Positions 14,492-28,296 of a stretch of 64,000 nt of DNA are shown here, piece after piece. A model generated the notes under the pieces. It saw only the letters and a program-made list of their open reading frames with translations. It was not told the DNA's origin and did not search any database. Source of the stretch: Batkoa obscura (taxonomy: Eukaryota); contig JASVEC010000002.1 of NCBI GenBank assembly GCA_030770535.1, positions 2,232,001 through 2,296,000 of the forward strand, in the 5' to 3' direction. Numbering within the stretch: the first letter of the stretch is position 1; each line of letters begins with the position of its first letter. The position numbers were made by a program, and so were the translations under genes.

Positions 14492-15938
14492 TTTCGATAC
14501 ACATGCACATCTTTTTTTAAACTATATTGTCGATTATTTTTATATATTATAAATTATATTATGTTAAAGATATTTTTTTATTTTACTTTTTGATAATTGT
14601 ATTGTAATAGTGATATATTTTATTAATTATCCTTTAATTACCAAGTTAACCTCTTTTTTAGTTGAATCTAGGTTGCCTTTTTTATTAGTTATACAGTTCC
14701 ATTTATCTCCCTTTTTTAATTGTTTTTAATTGCTAAATTTAAAATACTAATTATAACTGATTTATGTGATGGTTCATTTCTATTTAATTTCTATTTAATT
14801 TCTATTAAGTTATATAAAAAATGTAATTTATATTTAATTTAATTAGTTCTATTTTTATCTTTTACATGAAATTCATAAGAAACTATAGATCTTTATAAAA
14901 GGTGTATCGTTGGTTCAATAATTAAACAATTAGAAGTACAAGAGTAGGGGGAGTATATCATCAGTTATTAAAATAGTTTAGTCATTTTTGTTTATTGTAC
15001 AAACAATAAGATTTGACAACTAAGAATGATAACTTCAAATAATTCTTTTAGTTAAAATCATAAAAGAGTATTTTAAATATAAATAAGTTAAGGAGGATAT
15101 ATTAAGTTTAAACATTAATAAAAATTTGCATAACTAGAAAATTTGCCCATATTCAATATTTGCAAACATAATATCTCTATTAGATTGGGCAAAGTCTTTA
15201 GCACCTTTACTTTACCATTTATCCAGATAAATGATACAAAACACCTAAGTCAATATTGGCTGATTATATTATTTACTCATTAAGATATTAAAATAGTTTG
15301 TATAAATTTTATACGAAATGAAATTGTAATTAAAAATTTTAATAATGTTTTGTATCTAGTTTATAGATAATTACACGTTTCTTTATTAATATAAGTGAAA
15401 GTATGCTTACTTTATAGGACTCAATTGAATATACAAAGATAATCAATGATTATCGAAGCGATATAACATGGATACAAAGTTTATTAATAAAACTTTTATC
15501 CGAATCTATTTTTATAGAGTTATCCCTTATTAACATCTTCTTTAAAATTACTATAGTTTTAACTCATAATTAAAGTTTCACTAGTTTGAATTAGGCTAAA
15601 AGATCAAATTTAATCTTTTTTATAAATTTATTAAAAGTTGCGTTATCAAAGTTATTATAATAATACATCTATGTTATTCTTATGCTTTAACAATAATCAG
15701 ATATAAGTTAGTTTTATCTGATTATCATTTTTTTAGTATATAATAAGAATATAATATTTTTAAATATTTTAGTAAATATAGATAGCAATTTAATCAGCAA
15801 ATAGGATACAGCTAATTTAATACAATGGTGATTTATTACAGATTTAAACTTAATCATAGGAAAATGCAACTAAACCTTATCAGATAATTAAAAATATAAA
15901 AAGATGGGGTTTAGCTTTTTATTTAAAATACGATTGAA

Positions 15939-16931
15939 ATGGCAGAATTTATAGTACAAAATTTATGTAAAGATAAACCACAAGAAGAAGGAAGTCGATT
16001 ATTTTCTGATATTTCTTTTAAATTAAACGAGGGCGATATATTGACAATTAAAGGTCCAAGTGGTTCTGGGTAATATCAATAACAATAGGAATAAAATAAT
16101 AAATCTCATTTATTTATTAGTAAAACAACCATATTAAAATGTTTAGCAGAGCTTATACCTTTTGAGATGGGAGGATTTACCTTAAACAACCAGTAAATTA
16201 ATATATTAATTGTATTGAATTTTATAAATAACGTATGAAAAGAACACCGGAACAATTAACCATACCTATTTGGCGCAGTAAAGTGATGTATGTACCGCAA
16301 AGACCAGGTAGTTTACTTATAATATTTAAATAATAATGAGTATTAAACGAAATCATTAAGCTATTTTACCCGGATCCCCACGTGATTTTTTTGAAAAGGT
16401 ACACAAATTCAGTTCCAATAAAAAGAAAGAGTTGGGAGACCCAGTAAGTTAATTTACGCTCATAAATAGCTTATTTATTAAATTAATTTTTAGGTTGAAA
16501 TTGCTAGGGAGTAAATATTTTATTTTAGCATTATAAAGTAGTTACTTAATTTTATAGTTGGGGTATAAGCACTGATTTATGGGATAAAGAGTGGAACACG
16601 CTTTCAGGTGGTGAGTCCCAGCGTATCAGTATGGCTATAGCATTATCATGTCATCCAACTGTTTTGTTATTAGATGGTAATTAGATGTTCATTATTCCAA
16701 TGGTACTGTAATTAATATAAATAAATAGAGCCTACGAGTGCTTTAGACCCCAAGTCAGTAGGTTTAGTAGAAAATACGATATTGAGTAAAAAACATCAAA
16801 GTATCTGTGTTTGGATTACTCATGACCCAGCTCAATCCGATAGAGTAGCTACAAAGACTTTATCGCTTTCAACTACGCCAGGTAAGTTCGATCTATCAAG
16901 TGCTCCATTAGATGCTATTGTCGTTGTTTAA
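15939..16931 (+). CDS. Stand-alone ABC ATPase with a single nucleotide-binding domain and no TM domain (FetA/STAR1-like; 7 exons)
   Basis: Spliced product has Walker A GPSGSGKTT, Q-loop YVPQ, signature LSGGESQR, Walker B LLLDEPTSALD and H-loop WITHD; missed by the ORF track because the exons are short. Confidence 0.9.
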
Positions 16932-17887
16932 TTTTGAATTATTCGATCTTTTATTTTAATACTATAAAATCAAGTAAAGTTAGAGAAATTATATAAATAT
17001 AAACTTTTTTTAAATTAAGATTAGTTGTTATAAATTGCTTTATATTATTTGAGGGTATTGTCAACAAGAGTAGAAATATAGCATTTAAAAGAAGTTCAAG
17101 GATAATACCACAATTAATACCACTTTACATAGACATTTACAATCCTATCTTTTGTGATTTGCATATTCTAATCAACTCTAATTTTTCACTAATAAGGGTC
17201 CCTTCAAACTATAGAAAAACATTCTAGAATTTATAAGTATCCAAATGTCCTAACAGAAACAAAGTAAAAAGACATGACAATGCCTTCTATTCAATATATT
17301 TTTTGTTAGAAAACCTTGATTACACTTCATTTATATAAAAGTGGAATTTATTTTCTAAAAATATATTAATTTTAAAAGTATCCATTTTTTATTAAAAACT
17401 AACTTATTAGACAATTATTCATAATTTTGTTCATACCACCTATTATTGATTACAACATATTCGATCCTATGTTTGTTAGGTGTATAAATTATTCTTTCAG
17501 TTTTGTAATTTTATAATACTTAAGATACTTTCATTTCTACTTGTTAGCTTACCATATTTAATAAAACAAAGAAGCATAATAAACTCATTTAAATCACTTT
17601 TTAATTTGGCTCTTTATTACTATTTGTCTTATAACTTGAAGTATATAAACACAATAGTTAATAAGGTTGATATAATAACTCATAGGATCAATGAAGTACT
17701 AAAGAAATTATTTGTGCAATGAGCTAAAAATAAAAACCAAATTGCCATTTTTAGAGATTGGCATTTAGTAGGTTTGATGTCACTAGAAATTTAGGGATAA
17801 GTATTCCGATATATAAAGGATTAATAAGAAAAAACTTCACTTTTTTAGTTTAATATTTTAAATTTTAACCTTTTTTTTAAAATTAAA

Positions 17888-18763
17888 ATGGGTACTGAAA
17901 TCCCTACTTTATATTTATTAGTCAGTGGTGAAGAAGATAATTTATGTTTATCACCCTATGCCTGGAGTACTCAGCTTGCAATGAAGCATAAGGTAATAAA
18001 TGATAAATCACATAAATAAACTAAATGACATTTAGAAAATTAATTTCGAAGAAGAATACTTACGCTTTAGTCAAATAAAAGAAACAATCAACCAAGTAAC
18101 GTAAGCTTCATAAACTATCAATTTTAATAAACTAATTTATACCCTAAGCCATGGGAAGTGGGGCTTGGTTCCAACTATAAAATTTTCTGAAGATGATGTG
18201 CTTTTTGATAGTAAACCAATTGCCATCGAGCTAGATAAAAGATATCCAAACGGTCCAAAGTTATTCCCAAACGGTCCCCAATTGGCCAACTTTTTAAGTC
18301 ATTATACCATGTATGGATCTCTACCATTCTTCGGCCTAGCATTAGACACCGAAGTGGACACCTATAAGGAGAAAGATAAGTTAGCATTTAAGCGTATTTA
18401 TGAAGAGTTTCAGTTTACTATTGACACGCCGGATAAGCTTTATCCAGAAGTAGCGAAATTTTTAAAGCCTATTGAGCTTATGTTGAAAAGTCATCAATTT
18501 CTTGAAGGAGATCAAAGTAAATCTTATAGTTTTATTGTAGTTTTAAATTTTATTTTTATCTAGCTACTTTCAGCGATTATATCGTATTTGGTTACCTACA
18601 ATGGTTCAGAGTTATGACTCCTCTACATTTTAAACATACTGTTGAAGATATAGAGGACAAGACCGTATTTAAATGGTTTGAAAGTATCCTTGACCTTTAT
18701 GATGGTTATGCTAGATCTTTCCCAGTTAATACTCAATATGGTGAATTTGCTAAAAAGATCTGA
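17888..18763 (+). CDS. Glutathione S-transferase, LigE/GSTFuA-like, paralogue 1 (4 exons)
   Basis: LSPYAWSTQLAMKHK, VPTI, DSKPIA, TFSDYIVFGYLQWFRV, WFESILDLYDGYARSFP. Confidence 0.85.
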
Positions 18764-19169
18764 ATTCAAAATAAATAACCTCAGTTTCTAAGTATGTGTC
18801 TTCAATTTCTTTGACTTTATTGATCAGCTTTGCATTAATAATATAAAGTCTAGTGATTTTGATGTTTATAAATGCGAGGTGCAATAGAATAGTATGAGTG
18901 CTACTTTAAGGCGATAAAATCACCTAGTTATTATTTTATATTTATTCATGTTGAGTATGTTTTGACCATTTTATCTGACTATAGGGCATATATTTGATAT
19001 ACACTATGGTAATAAGACCTTATGAATTAAAATTTGTCACTTTTCAATTTTATCAATAATTCCATAATAAGATCAAATGTGAATTTATAAATTGAAGCCC
19101 TTGAGATTTTTAACAAAATTACCAATGTCAAGTACATTAGAATTTAAATTATATTTGCTAGTCAGAGGT

Positions 19170-19975
19170 AAATGCAACAAACTTCACGTATTCCCATATG
19201 GCTGAAGTATTCGATTAGGTTTAAAATATAAGGTGATTATAATTTTATTGTTATCAAATGCTTCGTTTATAACTTACAGGGCTTAAACTTTGGTATAATA
19301 CTACTTAGATTTAATCAGATAAAAAAGGAAGTCTTAAAACTAAGGTAATTGACCAAATGACCAAAATAGGATTATGGTTTAACTATTCATTTAGTAATAG
19401 CAAATGATTGTTAATCCCAGTTTTAGCTGTATCTAAATAACATCCCTTATAATAGCGAAATCAGCTACTAAACTAGATGAAATGTACCCCTCAGATCCAG
19501 AGTTATCCCCAAATACTACACATCTTTCAAAAAATTTATTAGGCTACTATGACATCTATTTCTCTCCCTTTGCTGACTTAGTAATAAAAAACGGAATATA
19601 AAATCTTCCAAAAAGAAGACAAAGTTAATTTTGAAAGAGTTCACAGTAACTTGAAAAAGTTTATTGAATCTAATTAAGTATTATATTATGAGGTTGAAAA
19701 ATATTTTCAACCTATTAGAAAAGTTCTAAAAAGATCATTACTTCTCAAAGATGACTATTATAGATTTCATTTAATTGTTGATTTAGTGCCGTTAATATCT
19801 TTAAGTTGGCTATAGTGATTATGTTATATTTTGTCGTTTATAATGGCTTCGAATAATGGTGCCATTATATTTTAAATATCGTGAAGATATAGAAGACAGG
19901 ACCATGTTTAGATAGTTCAAAAGTATTCTTGATATTTATGATGGGTATACCAGGTCATTCTCTGTTAATCCTGAG
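19170..19975 (+). pseudogene. Degenerate GST paralogue
   Basis: Recognisable remnants with stops and frameshifts, e.g. GCTATAGTGATTATGTTATATTT, GAAGATATAGAAGACAGGACCATGTTTAGATAGTTC (Trp codon now TAG), CTTGATATTTATGATGGGTATACCAGGTC; colinear with paralogue 1. Confidence 0.75.
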
Positions 19976-20337
19976 CATCAAATTTGATTTTTGTTATTAC
20001 TTGAATATACTTATTGAATAAAACTTGGTCTTAAATTTCACATCTGTAAATTATTCTAAATAAAATTTTATTTATCCGCTACGTCATATCAAAACTAAAT
20101 TAGATTTTAAAATGATGATGATTGGAACTAAAGAAGAATAAAAATGGACTAAAAAAGCAAATTATCCTTTTGGAACTTCTGTAAGTACATTTGATTGAAC
20201 AGCAAACAGGTATCCTTGTAACACTAAAAAACATTGGTAATAAACCATACGGTTTAACCGAACTGTAAGAACCTTAATATTGAATAAATCAGTATAAAAC
20301 CATGAATTTCGCATTCTATCAACAATAAAAAAACATC

Positions 20338-21219
20338 ATGGTTCAAGACAACAAAGCCGAATTCTATTTACTTTCCAATGGCAAAGATAATTTATATCTT
20401 TCCCCTTTCGCTTGGCGTACTCAATTAGCATTGAAACATAAAGTAAACTATCCATTAGAAATCATTATTTTATTTTATTGATTATTTACGTAGAATGTCG
20501 ACTTTGAAGAAATACAACTCCGCTTTAAAGATGTAGGCTCAACAATATCTGAAATAACGTAACCAAATCTCATTATCTATTTATAACTTATTAACATTCA
20601 ATAGTAATGGTAAATGGAAACAAGTACCCTTAGTAAAATTTGAAGATGGATCTCAGGCTTATGATAGCCGTGATATTGCTTATGCTTTGGAGCAAAAGTA
20701 TCCAGAGGCCCCCAAGTTATTCCCAAACGGCAAGCACACTGCTTTATTTTTAGAAAATTACTTTATTACCAATATCTTGACTTTCTTTGCCCTCTTATTG
20801 CCCTCAGAGAAATTAATCTTCCAAAAGGAGGATCAAGAGTATGCCAAAGGTTTCTTTACTCACCTTGGACAGTTTGTTAAGCCCAAAGAAGAAGTCTACC
20901 CGGAATTGAGCAAATTTTTAAGCCCTATTGGGTTGACCCTTAAAGATTCTGCTTTTATTGAGGGGGACCAACGTAGTTTTCTTTTCATTTATAATTCGAT
21001 CAAATGCTAACTTATTTTGTAGCAACTTACAGCGATTATATCGTATTTGCCTTCCTCCAATGGTTTAGAGTTATAACCCCTTTACATTTTAAACACGTTG
21101 TTGAAAATGCAGAAGATAAAACTTTATTTAAATGGTTTGAAAGTATCCTTGATCTTAACAATGGTTATGCCAGATCTTTCCCAGTAAATACTCAATATGG
21201 TGAATTTGCTTTGAATTAG
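20338..21219 (+). CDS. Glutathione S-transferase, LigE/GSTFuA-like, paralogue 2 (4 exons)
   Basis: LSPFAWRTQLALKHK, VPLV, DSRDIA, TYSDYIVFAFLQWFRV; same intron positions as paralogue 1. Confidence 0.87.
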
Positions 21220-21382
21220 TTTTATTACATCTTGGAGTGCTAAATTAAATACTACTAATAAAGTACAATAGTTTCTATTTTAAAAATTCTTAATTCCAGT
21301 TAAACAATTTTATATTAATATTTTTTGTTATTATATTTATCATTTTCATATAATAATTAAGACTTGAATCAATTTAATATAT

Positions 21383-21480
21383 GGAGATGTATTTTTGTGT
21401 TTAAGAATTTTATTAATAGCTTTTCCACTCAAATAGTGCTTAAAAAATGGAAAAAGTAATGAAGTAAAAAAAACATCCCC
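21383..21480 (-). mobile_element. MITE, orientation B, TSD ATAT/ATGT
   Basis: GGAGATGTA...CATCCCC; matches the family. Confidence 0.9.
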
Positions 21481-22115
21481 ATGTTTTATATTTATTTGTA
21501 GTTAGATAAAATCAACTCACTATTATTCTGGATTATTGTTTAAACAATACTTTAATTCTGATATTAAACTAATGTATCACTTAGTAGACGAAAAAATGGC
21601 ATCAATAAATACTAGCATCTTTCAAAGGGGTTTAAGAGATCATTATAAAGCCCATCAGAAAGCATATTCTACAAGTTGGCTCTGATATCAATCGTATAAT
21701 AACTAATGCTATACTAACATGGACCTTTGTGCTTGCCAGTCTAATAAAAAGGTAGCTTTTTTAACAAGGTAAAGCTGCTTAGCAAATGAACTATTTTATT
21801 TTAAAAATATCATGATCTATTATGGACTTAACTTTGTTGCAAGGAAAAAAATCGAGTCATAGAAAATCAAAATGGGTTATTAGGCTGAAGCACTAAACCT
21901 ATTAATATGTAGTAAAACTTGTACAATAAACAAGAATCTTTTTAGGACAAAGTCGAAAAATATGATTTGATTCTTATAGTCCTAAGATATTTCACTAGCT
22001 AACATTAATTTGCTATCTACAGAGCATTTGAATATCTTTAATGCTTTAAGACATACACATATTATCATATTTTTATAGCATAAATAAATTGTATCTTAGC
22101 GTAGTAATAATATAC

Positions 22116-22214
22116 GGGGGTATTTCTTTTGGCTCTAATAATTTTTCCATCTTCTAAGCACTATTTGAGTAGAAAAACTGTTAGTAGAATTCTTAAATAC
22201 AAGAATATATCCCC
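22116..22214 (+). mobile_element. MITE, orientation A, TSD ATAC/ATAT
   Basis: GGGGGTA...TATCCCC; matches the family. Confidence 0.85.
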
Positions 22215-22507
22215 ATATAGAAGTCTTGAGAACTAACGATTCCGATTCTTTATTGTTCCGTTTCCAAAAAATATTATACTTTAATTACATGTACTCCTAT
22301 CTAGAGTATTTTAGGATTATTGCTATATACATACCCATGTAAAAATATTTGAATTCAAAGTATTGTGAAATATCGCTTTGTCAGTCCCATAGTTAATTAT
22401 AGCATAACAATCGCCTAAGCTGTTGTGTTCTCGAGTTCAGAGAAAATCAATCCCACGTTCCTATTTTGATTTGCTATGAGAATTTCTAGCTCCATCCCAA
22501 AGAATAT

Positions 22508-22605
22508 GGGGATGTATTTTTTTATTTAAGAATTTTACTAGTAATTATTCTACTCAAATAGCACTTGAAAAATGGAAAAAGTAAGGAAATCAAAAAAACA
22601 CCCCC
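22508..22605 (-). mobile_element. MITE, orientation B, TSD ATAT
   Basis: ATAT|GGGGATGTA...CACCCCC|ATAT. Confidence 0.9.
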
Positions 22606-23121
22606 ATATTACCTTCTCATTTTGATATTTATACTTTTCAGAGTATAAAAGAGTTTACAGAGTATAGTAGCTTGAGGCTTTTTAACTGAATTATTCTTTG
22701 CTATCTCGAACATTTAATAAAGCCACTAAGTTTTCTTAATAGTATTTTACGTAGATTTTACATTAGTATTGTCTATTCTATTTGTCTTATATAGCTTGTA
22801 ACCTATTACGTGCTATTCCTCATAACCCAAGTCTATCTTAGTCACATAAACTAAGACCTTTCGACTTATAGTGTAGTCAATCCAGCAACAGCTGTTCTTG
22901 ACTCCAAACCCTGAGTACTAGATTTCACAGTATCCTGATTCTTATTTTATTTCACTACCTATCTTACTTGATTAACTACACTTATAAAATCCAGATACCT
23001 TTTGGCCTATACAGGCATCTGAATTTAATTTTAAAATACAACTTGAATGCTCCTAGGAACATTGTTATCCGAATAGAAACAATAAATTTAAGTTATTTTG
23101 AATTTAATTTATTATATCATT

Positions 23122-24006
23122 TTAATTATTTTTTAAAGCAAATTCACCATATTGAGTATTTACTGGGAAAGATCTGGCATAACCATTGTTAAGATCAAGG
23201 ATACTTTCAAACCATTTAAATAAAGTTTTATCTTCTGCATCTTCAATGATATTTTTGTAATGTAAAGGAGTTAACACCCTAAACCATTGAAGGAATGCAA
23301 ACACAATATAATCGCTATAAGTAGCTAAACAAAAAGATAAATAGCATGTAAGATTGATAATAATAGTAATTACGTTTTTCTCCCTCAAAAAAAGGGGTTT
23401 CCTTTAGCATCAACTCAATAGGCTTTAAAAACTTAGCAATTTTCGGATATGTTTCTTCCTTAGGTTTAATCACATAATTAAGTTTATCAAAAATAGGTTT
23501 CAAAAACTCTTGGTCTTCTTTTTTAAAGGTCAAGAATTCGGTGTCCAAGACAGCAGCTCCTAGCACCATAAAATTGGCCATTACATAATGCTCCAAAAAG
23601 TGGGCTAGTTGAGTACCATTTGGAAATAACTTGGGTTGATTTTGATATTTATTTTCCAACTCATCAGCTATGGTTCTACTGTCAAAAACTACCTCACCAG
23701 TACTGAATTGAACTGCTGGAACTTTTTTCCATTTGTTATCACTAGTAAAATGAGAATTCGCAATTATCTAGGGTTATGAATTACACTTACGTTAACTTTG
23801 ATATTATAGAATTAATATCCTTAAATCTAACTTTAATTTCATCAAACTCAATGCCCTAATTAACAGTCAGGTTATCATTCAATATTAAGCTTATAAACTA
23901 CCTTATGTTTTAAAGCTAACTGGGTACGCCAAGCAAATGGAGAAAAACATAGATTATGTTCCTCACCACTGTAAAGGGCGTAAGATAATGTTTTTAGTTG
24001 AGCCAT
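23122..24006 (-). CDS. Glutathione S-transferase, LigE/GSTFuA-like, paralogue 3 (4 exons)
   Basis: FSPFAWRTQLALKHK, KVPAV, DSRTIA, TYSDYIVFAFLQWFRV, WFESILDLNNGYARSFP. Confidence 0.87.
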
Positions 24007-24297
24007 AATAATTCACGCAAAATTTAGTTGATATTTATAGTTGATACTTACGTCACTTAGACAATTGTTCAAGAAAATTAGTAATTAAAGCTGCTGTATT
24101 AAAATAGTAATTAGTTAAAAACTAAATTGACGAAGTATGCTTTAGTTAGAAAGATTAAGAAAGTTCTCAGTACTTCAATTGATAATAACAATGATAATAA
24201 CAATGATAATAAATAGTTTTCATCAATACTAAAATAACTTAAATGCGACTGACTCTTTAATCTGTTATTTTTTTTATTTTTAGATTTCGTAACATAT

Positions 24298-24392
24298 GAG
24301 GGTGTTTTTTCGAGCTTATTACTTTTTCCATCTTTTAAGCACTATTTGAGCGAAATTTTTTTAATAAAATTCTTAAACACAAATATATTCCC
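24298..24392 (+). mobile_element. MITE, orientation A, TSD ATAT/ATAC
   Basis: GAGGGTG...TATTCCC; matches the family. Confidence 0.85.
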
Positions 24393-25010
24393 ATACCTTA
24401 TTATTGTCATGAGCTTTTTAAATGAAAATAGTCAAAAATTAAAAGTCTAATCATATTTAAATTATATTTTAGATTTTCTTCAATTCATATAAGTCAAAAT
24501 AAATTTTAAAGCTTTTTGTTTTGTTTATTTTTTATATAAATCAATTTTCTATAAGGTAAAGACCATACTCATAAATAAATGATTAATATTTCAATATTTT
24601 GTTTTTTTATAACTTAAGCAATGCCGAATTAAAATATTATTTACATAGTAGAATATATTCAAAACTTTAAGCTATTAATTAAACTATATCAAAATTGTAA
24701 CAAATAAATAAATTTCGAATTTTCCTTAACCTTCATGAGTTCATAAAGGGTCGCTTGCGTTAGCACCAATTTGGAAAATTATATCCACAATGCAAATCTG
24801 ATAATAAAATTAAAATAATTAAAATTACTTTACGAAACCTTTACAAGTTAATACTGTAATTAAGTATTATTTTATTATTTACTAAAAACCCAATTCAGGT
24901 TCATATAAACAACTAATAAAAATCTTCAAATTCAATCATTCACAAACTCCCAAAAAAAGTAATATAAAAACATTGAGTATAACTTTACTATTAAATCCAA
25001 TTTTTTTATC

Positions 25011-26173
25011 TCAGCGTTACAAACAACACCATGAACATAACGATTAGCCCAAACACTTTAATAATAAGCCATCGATTGGATGAAATCGATGTATAATATC
25101 TTAAAAGTTCCTGTTGTGCTCCCGTGACATTCAACTCCATACTCTCTACATTAGCATCGATTCTATAATTTTTATTTCATTTAACAGACTCTATATTAGA
25201 TTAAGAAAAATTATTACCTTTGAACCACATCTCTTTGTTCCGCCACCATGTTAGCAAGCTGTTGGAAAACAGATCCTAACTCAGCGATCGTTGATTCAAT
25301 ATTAGTGATCGCACTTGCTCTAGAATCAATATAGGAGTCCTGTTGCTCAATCAGTTGCATCTGCTGTAATGCTGGGTCACCAAGGTCTAAAGCCAAGTAT
25401 TCTTTGTTTCCTCCATTGGCTTCGGGTATATAGCCATCTTAAATTAAAGGATTATTATAACTATTAAAATAGGGAATATATATCTGTTTACTTTGTTCAT
25501 TTTTATAACTTGCTGCTTGGTAAGTGAATTGCTCTTTACGTTGTCTAGTTACTTTCATGTTCTATTTAATATTAGCTAAAATCACTATTTCGTTCGATTT
25601 AATTTACTTCACTTCTTATTTCTAAAACGTCTTTAAAGCTTATTGATGTATTAGCAAGTTGCGATTGAAGATTAGTAACCACATTAGAAATATGCTCTTC
25701 TTGCTGTCCTTTCCCAGAAGAATTATTCTGATTTTTTGTGTACTGTTGTAAGGTAGATAGTTGTTGGTTGATACCAGCTATATCTTGTTTAATCGCAAAC
25801 GTAAGTTCCTATCCTTAATTTAAAATTTTTGCTTTTAATTATAATAATAGCTAGCAATTACATTAACTTCTGTAGGTTTATCATCAAATAATGATCTCTT
25901 TTTAGCAACTAAATAAAGGCTTTAAACAAGAAACTATATAAAATCAATTCTCTTACGCTTTGTCAATTTTTGTAATTTAGTCGCTGTCTGTTGGATCTTG
26001 TTAGAAATCGCTGAAGCTTGCCTTGAAAACTCACTCTTTTTAAAATTTTTATTTGGGGTACTTGCCCTAGAAGTATTTCTACTATTTAAAGAAGAAGGCG
26101 GTGTTGGAGACTCCCGATTTCGAATAGTTCTAACCACCGCTTGGAACTCTGTTGTTCGGTTCTTTATCGTCAT
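25011..26173 (-). CDS. SED5: Cis-Golgi t-SNARE syntaxin 5
   Basis: N-terminal NRTTEF, KRSLFDDKPTEV, SNARE motif IESTIAELGSVFQQLANMVAEQ, SSNRWLIIK and a C-terminal TM helix. Confidence 0.95.
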
Positions 26174-26890
26174 AATGGAATAAAATGTGAATTTAAGCCA
26201 CTATTAAATGATATTAATAGAAAAAATCAACCAATCCACTTCTTACAATTGGTGATTGAAATTAAGTTGTTGATTTTGTGCTTAATTGAAATTATAATTT
26301 GCTAAGAGTTTGCCATTTTGCTAGTGTTTAAATGTTTGCTTTTATAAGTTGCTATAATTGAATATGCTGTGTTCTAGGTTTACATTTGTTTGAAAGTAGC
26401 AACAAATTTGGGCTGGTTTCGCTTTAAGCAACTAATCGCATTTGATAAATTGATACCATCTTTACATCAGAATAGTTAGAAATAAAAAAACTATAACTTT
26501 AAAAGTAAAAGCTTGTATCAAAAAGTTAAGGAAGTTTTTTTCATTTCTGAGGGGATGAGAGGTAAAGAAAAAATAGCTTTAAAGGCGAATATTTTTAATA
26601 GCAATTAACATAGGCTGTATTAAAAAATCAGTTAGCCAACATAAAAAAATTAACCGATTCTTTTAAAAAATTCCTTTTGATTTAGGCTTATTTTTAACAC
26701 CAACAAATGATATCCCATAAGTTCTCAGTTGAATTCAATTGATTGGAATTCAAAGCCATGTTTGACTCCATTGAAATTTAAAAAGCAACCAATAAAATAA
26801 TAGCTAGTAATTTGATCTGTAATCATAGATTATCTTAAATGATCGAAACGAATCTTCAATTTTTTTTAAAAGAAAATAAATAATTTAAAG

Positions 26891-28002
26891 ATGCTAGTTA
26901 AATCAGCTACCATGAGTATTAAAAATTTAAATAGTACTAAAGTAATAGCCATATTATAAACTAATAGAATAATGTATTAAATTAATTATTATTAGTTGAT
27001 GTCTTCCAATTTAACCCGTAGCATTACTTCTAGCTCAAGTAAAGCTATGGCTTCAGAAGCAACAAATGTCAAAGAAGTTAAAGCTAAAGCACCAATGAAC
27101 AAAACTTTTGCTATTTATCGTTGGGTAAAATAATAATAGTATCAAAAAAATAAAACTAAAATTTGAAATTTAAAGGATCCAGAAAATCCAAGTGCTAAAC
27201 CAAGACTACAAGAATATAAGGTCGATATCAACAGCTGTGGACCTATGGTACTTGATGCCTTAATTAAAATCAAAAATGAAGTTGACCCTACCCTTACTTT
27301 CCGTCGTTCTTGTCGTGAAGGTAAAACAATAGAACATAGATAATTATAAAATTTACTAATAAAACAAAAGGTATCTGTGGTTCATGTGCTATGAATATCA
27401 ATGGAAGTAATACACTTGCTTGTATTTGCAAAATCGATAGAAATGAAAGTAATATGAAGGTAAAGGATTTTTGATCACTATAGTAATATAACATTAATCT
27501 CTTCCCTTAAAACTAGATTTATCCATTACCTCATATGTATATTGTTAAAGATCTTGTACCTGATCTCAATAATTTTTATAAACAATATAAATCAATTAAA
27601 CCTTATTTACAAAAGAAGAAAGAATATCCAGAAGGTGCCAGAGAGAATTTACAAACAATAGCTGACCGTAAGAAATTAGTAGGTTTTAATTAACTCTTAA
27701 TTACTTGAAATTAATCTTAATTTTTTCAGGATGGTTTATATGAATGTATTCTGTGCGCTTGTTGTTCTACTTCTTGTCCCTCTTACTGGTGGAATCAGGA
27801 TGTCTATCTTGGCCCAGCCGCTTTAATGCAAGCTTATCGTTGGATGGCTGATTCCCGTGATGAGTTTGGAGATGAACGTAGAGCACAATTAGAAAACCCC
27901 TTCTCCATGTATCGATGCCATACAATTATGAATTGTGCTAAAACTTGTCCAAAAGGTCTTAACCCTGGATTAGCTATTGCTAAAATTAAAAAGATGATGT
28001 AG
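26891..28002 (+). CDS. SDH2: Succinate dehydrogenase iron-sulfur subunit
   Basis: [77 protein letters not shown]-terminal presequence. Confidence 0.98.
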
Positions 28003-28296
28003 AGAGTTTATTATTATTAACATAAAGTTTTATTTAGTTGAAATTTAAATATTTGATTTTTTAAAATAAATATTGATGTTTAATATGTCTTAGTCAAATT
28101 ATTTAAAATAGTGAATATAAAACGTGTAAAGAATGAATAATAATAAAGTCAAAATATATAGTAATATAATGATATAATGATATAATAATAAAATTCTATT
28201 TATATCATATCTAAAGTAATAAATAAAATAAAACAATAATATAAAGGGGGTAATAGTAAAGCAGTAAAGGGCATAAAGTGGGGAATCATCAATAAG

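Noticed and set aside
21540..23050. Possible decayed retroelement remnants between GST paralogues 2 and 3
   Set aside because: Slightly higher GC and fragmentary peptide hints only; no continuous frame or diagnostic motif could be read.
21383..24392. MITE-borne Yap response element (TTAGTAA) wiring GST genes to the bZIP factor
   Set aside because: The motif is in the consensus, but the copies next to the intact GST genes have lost it, and the 7-mer is common in such AT-rich DNA.
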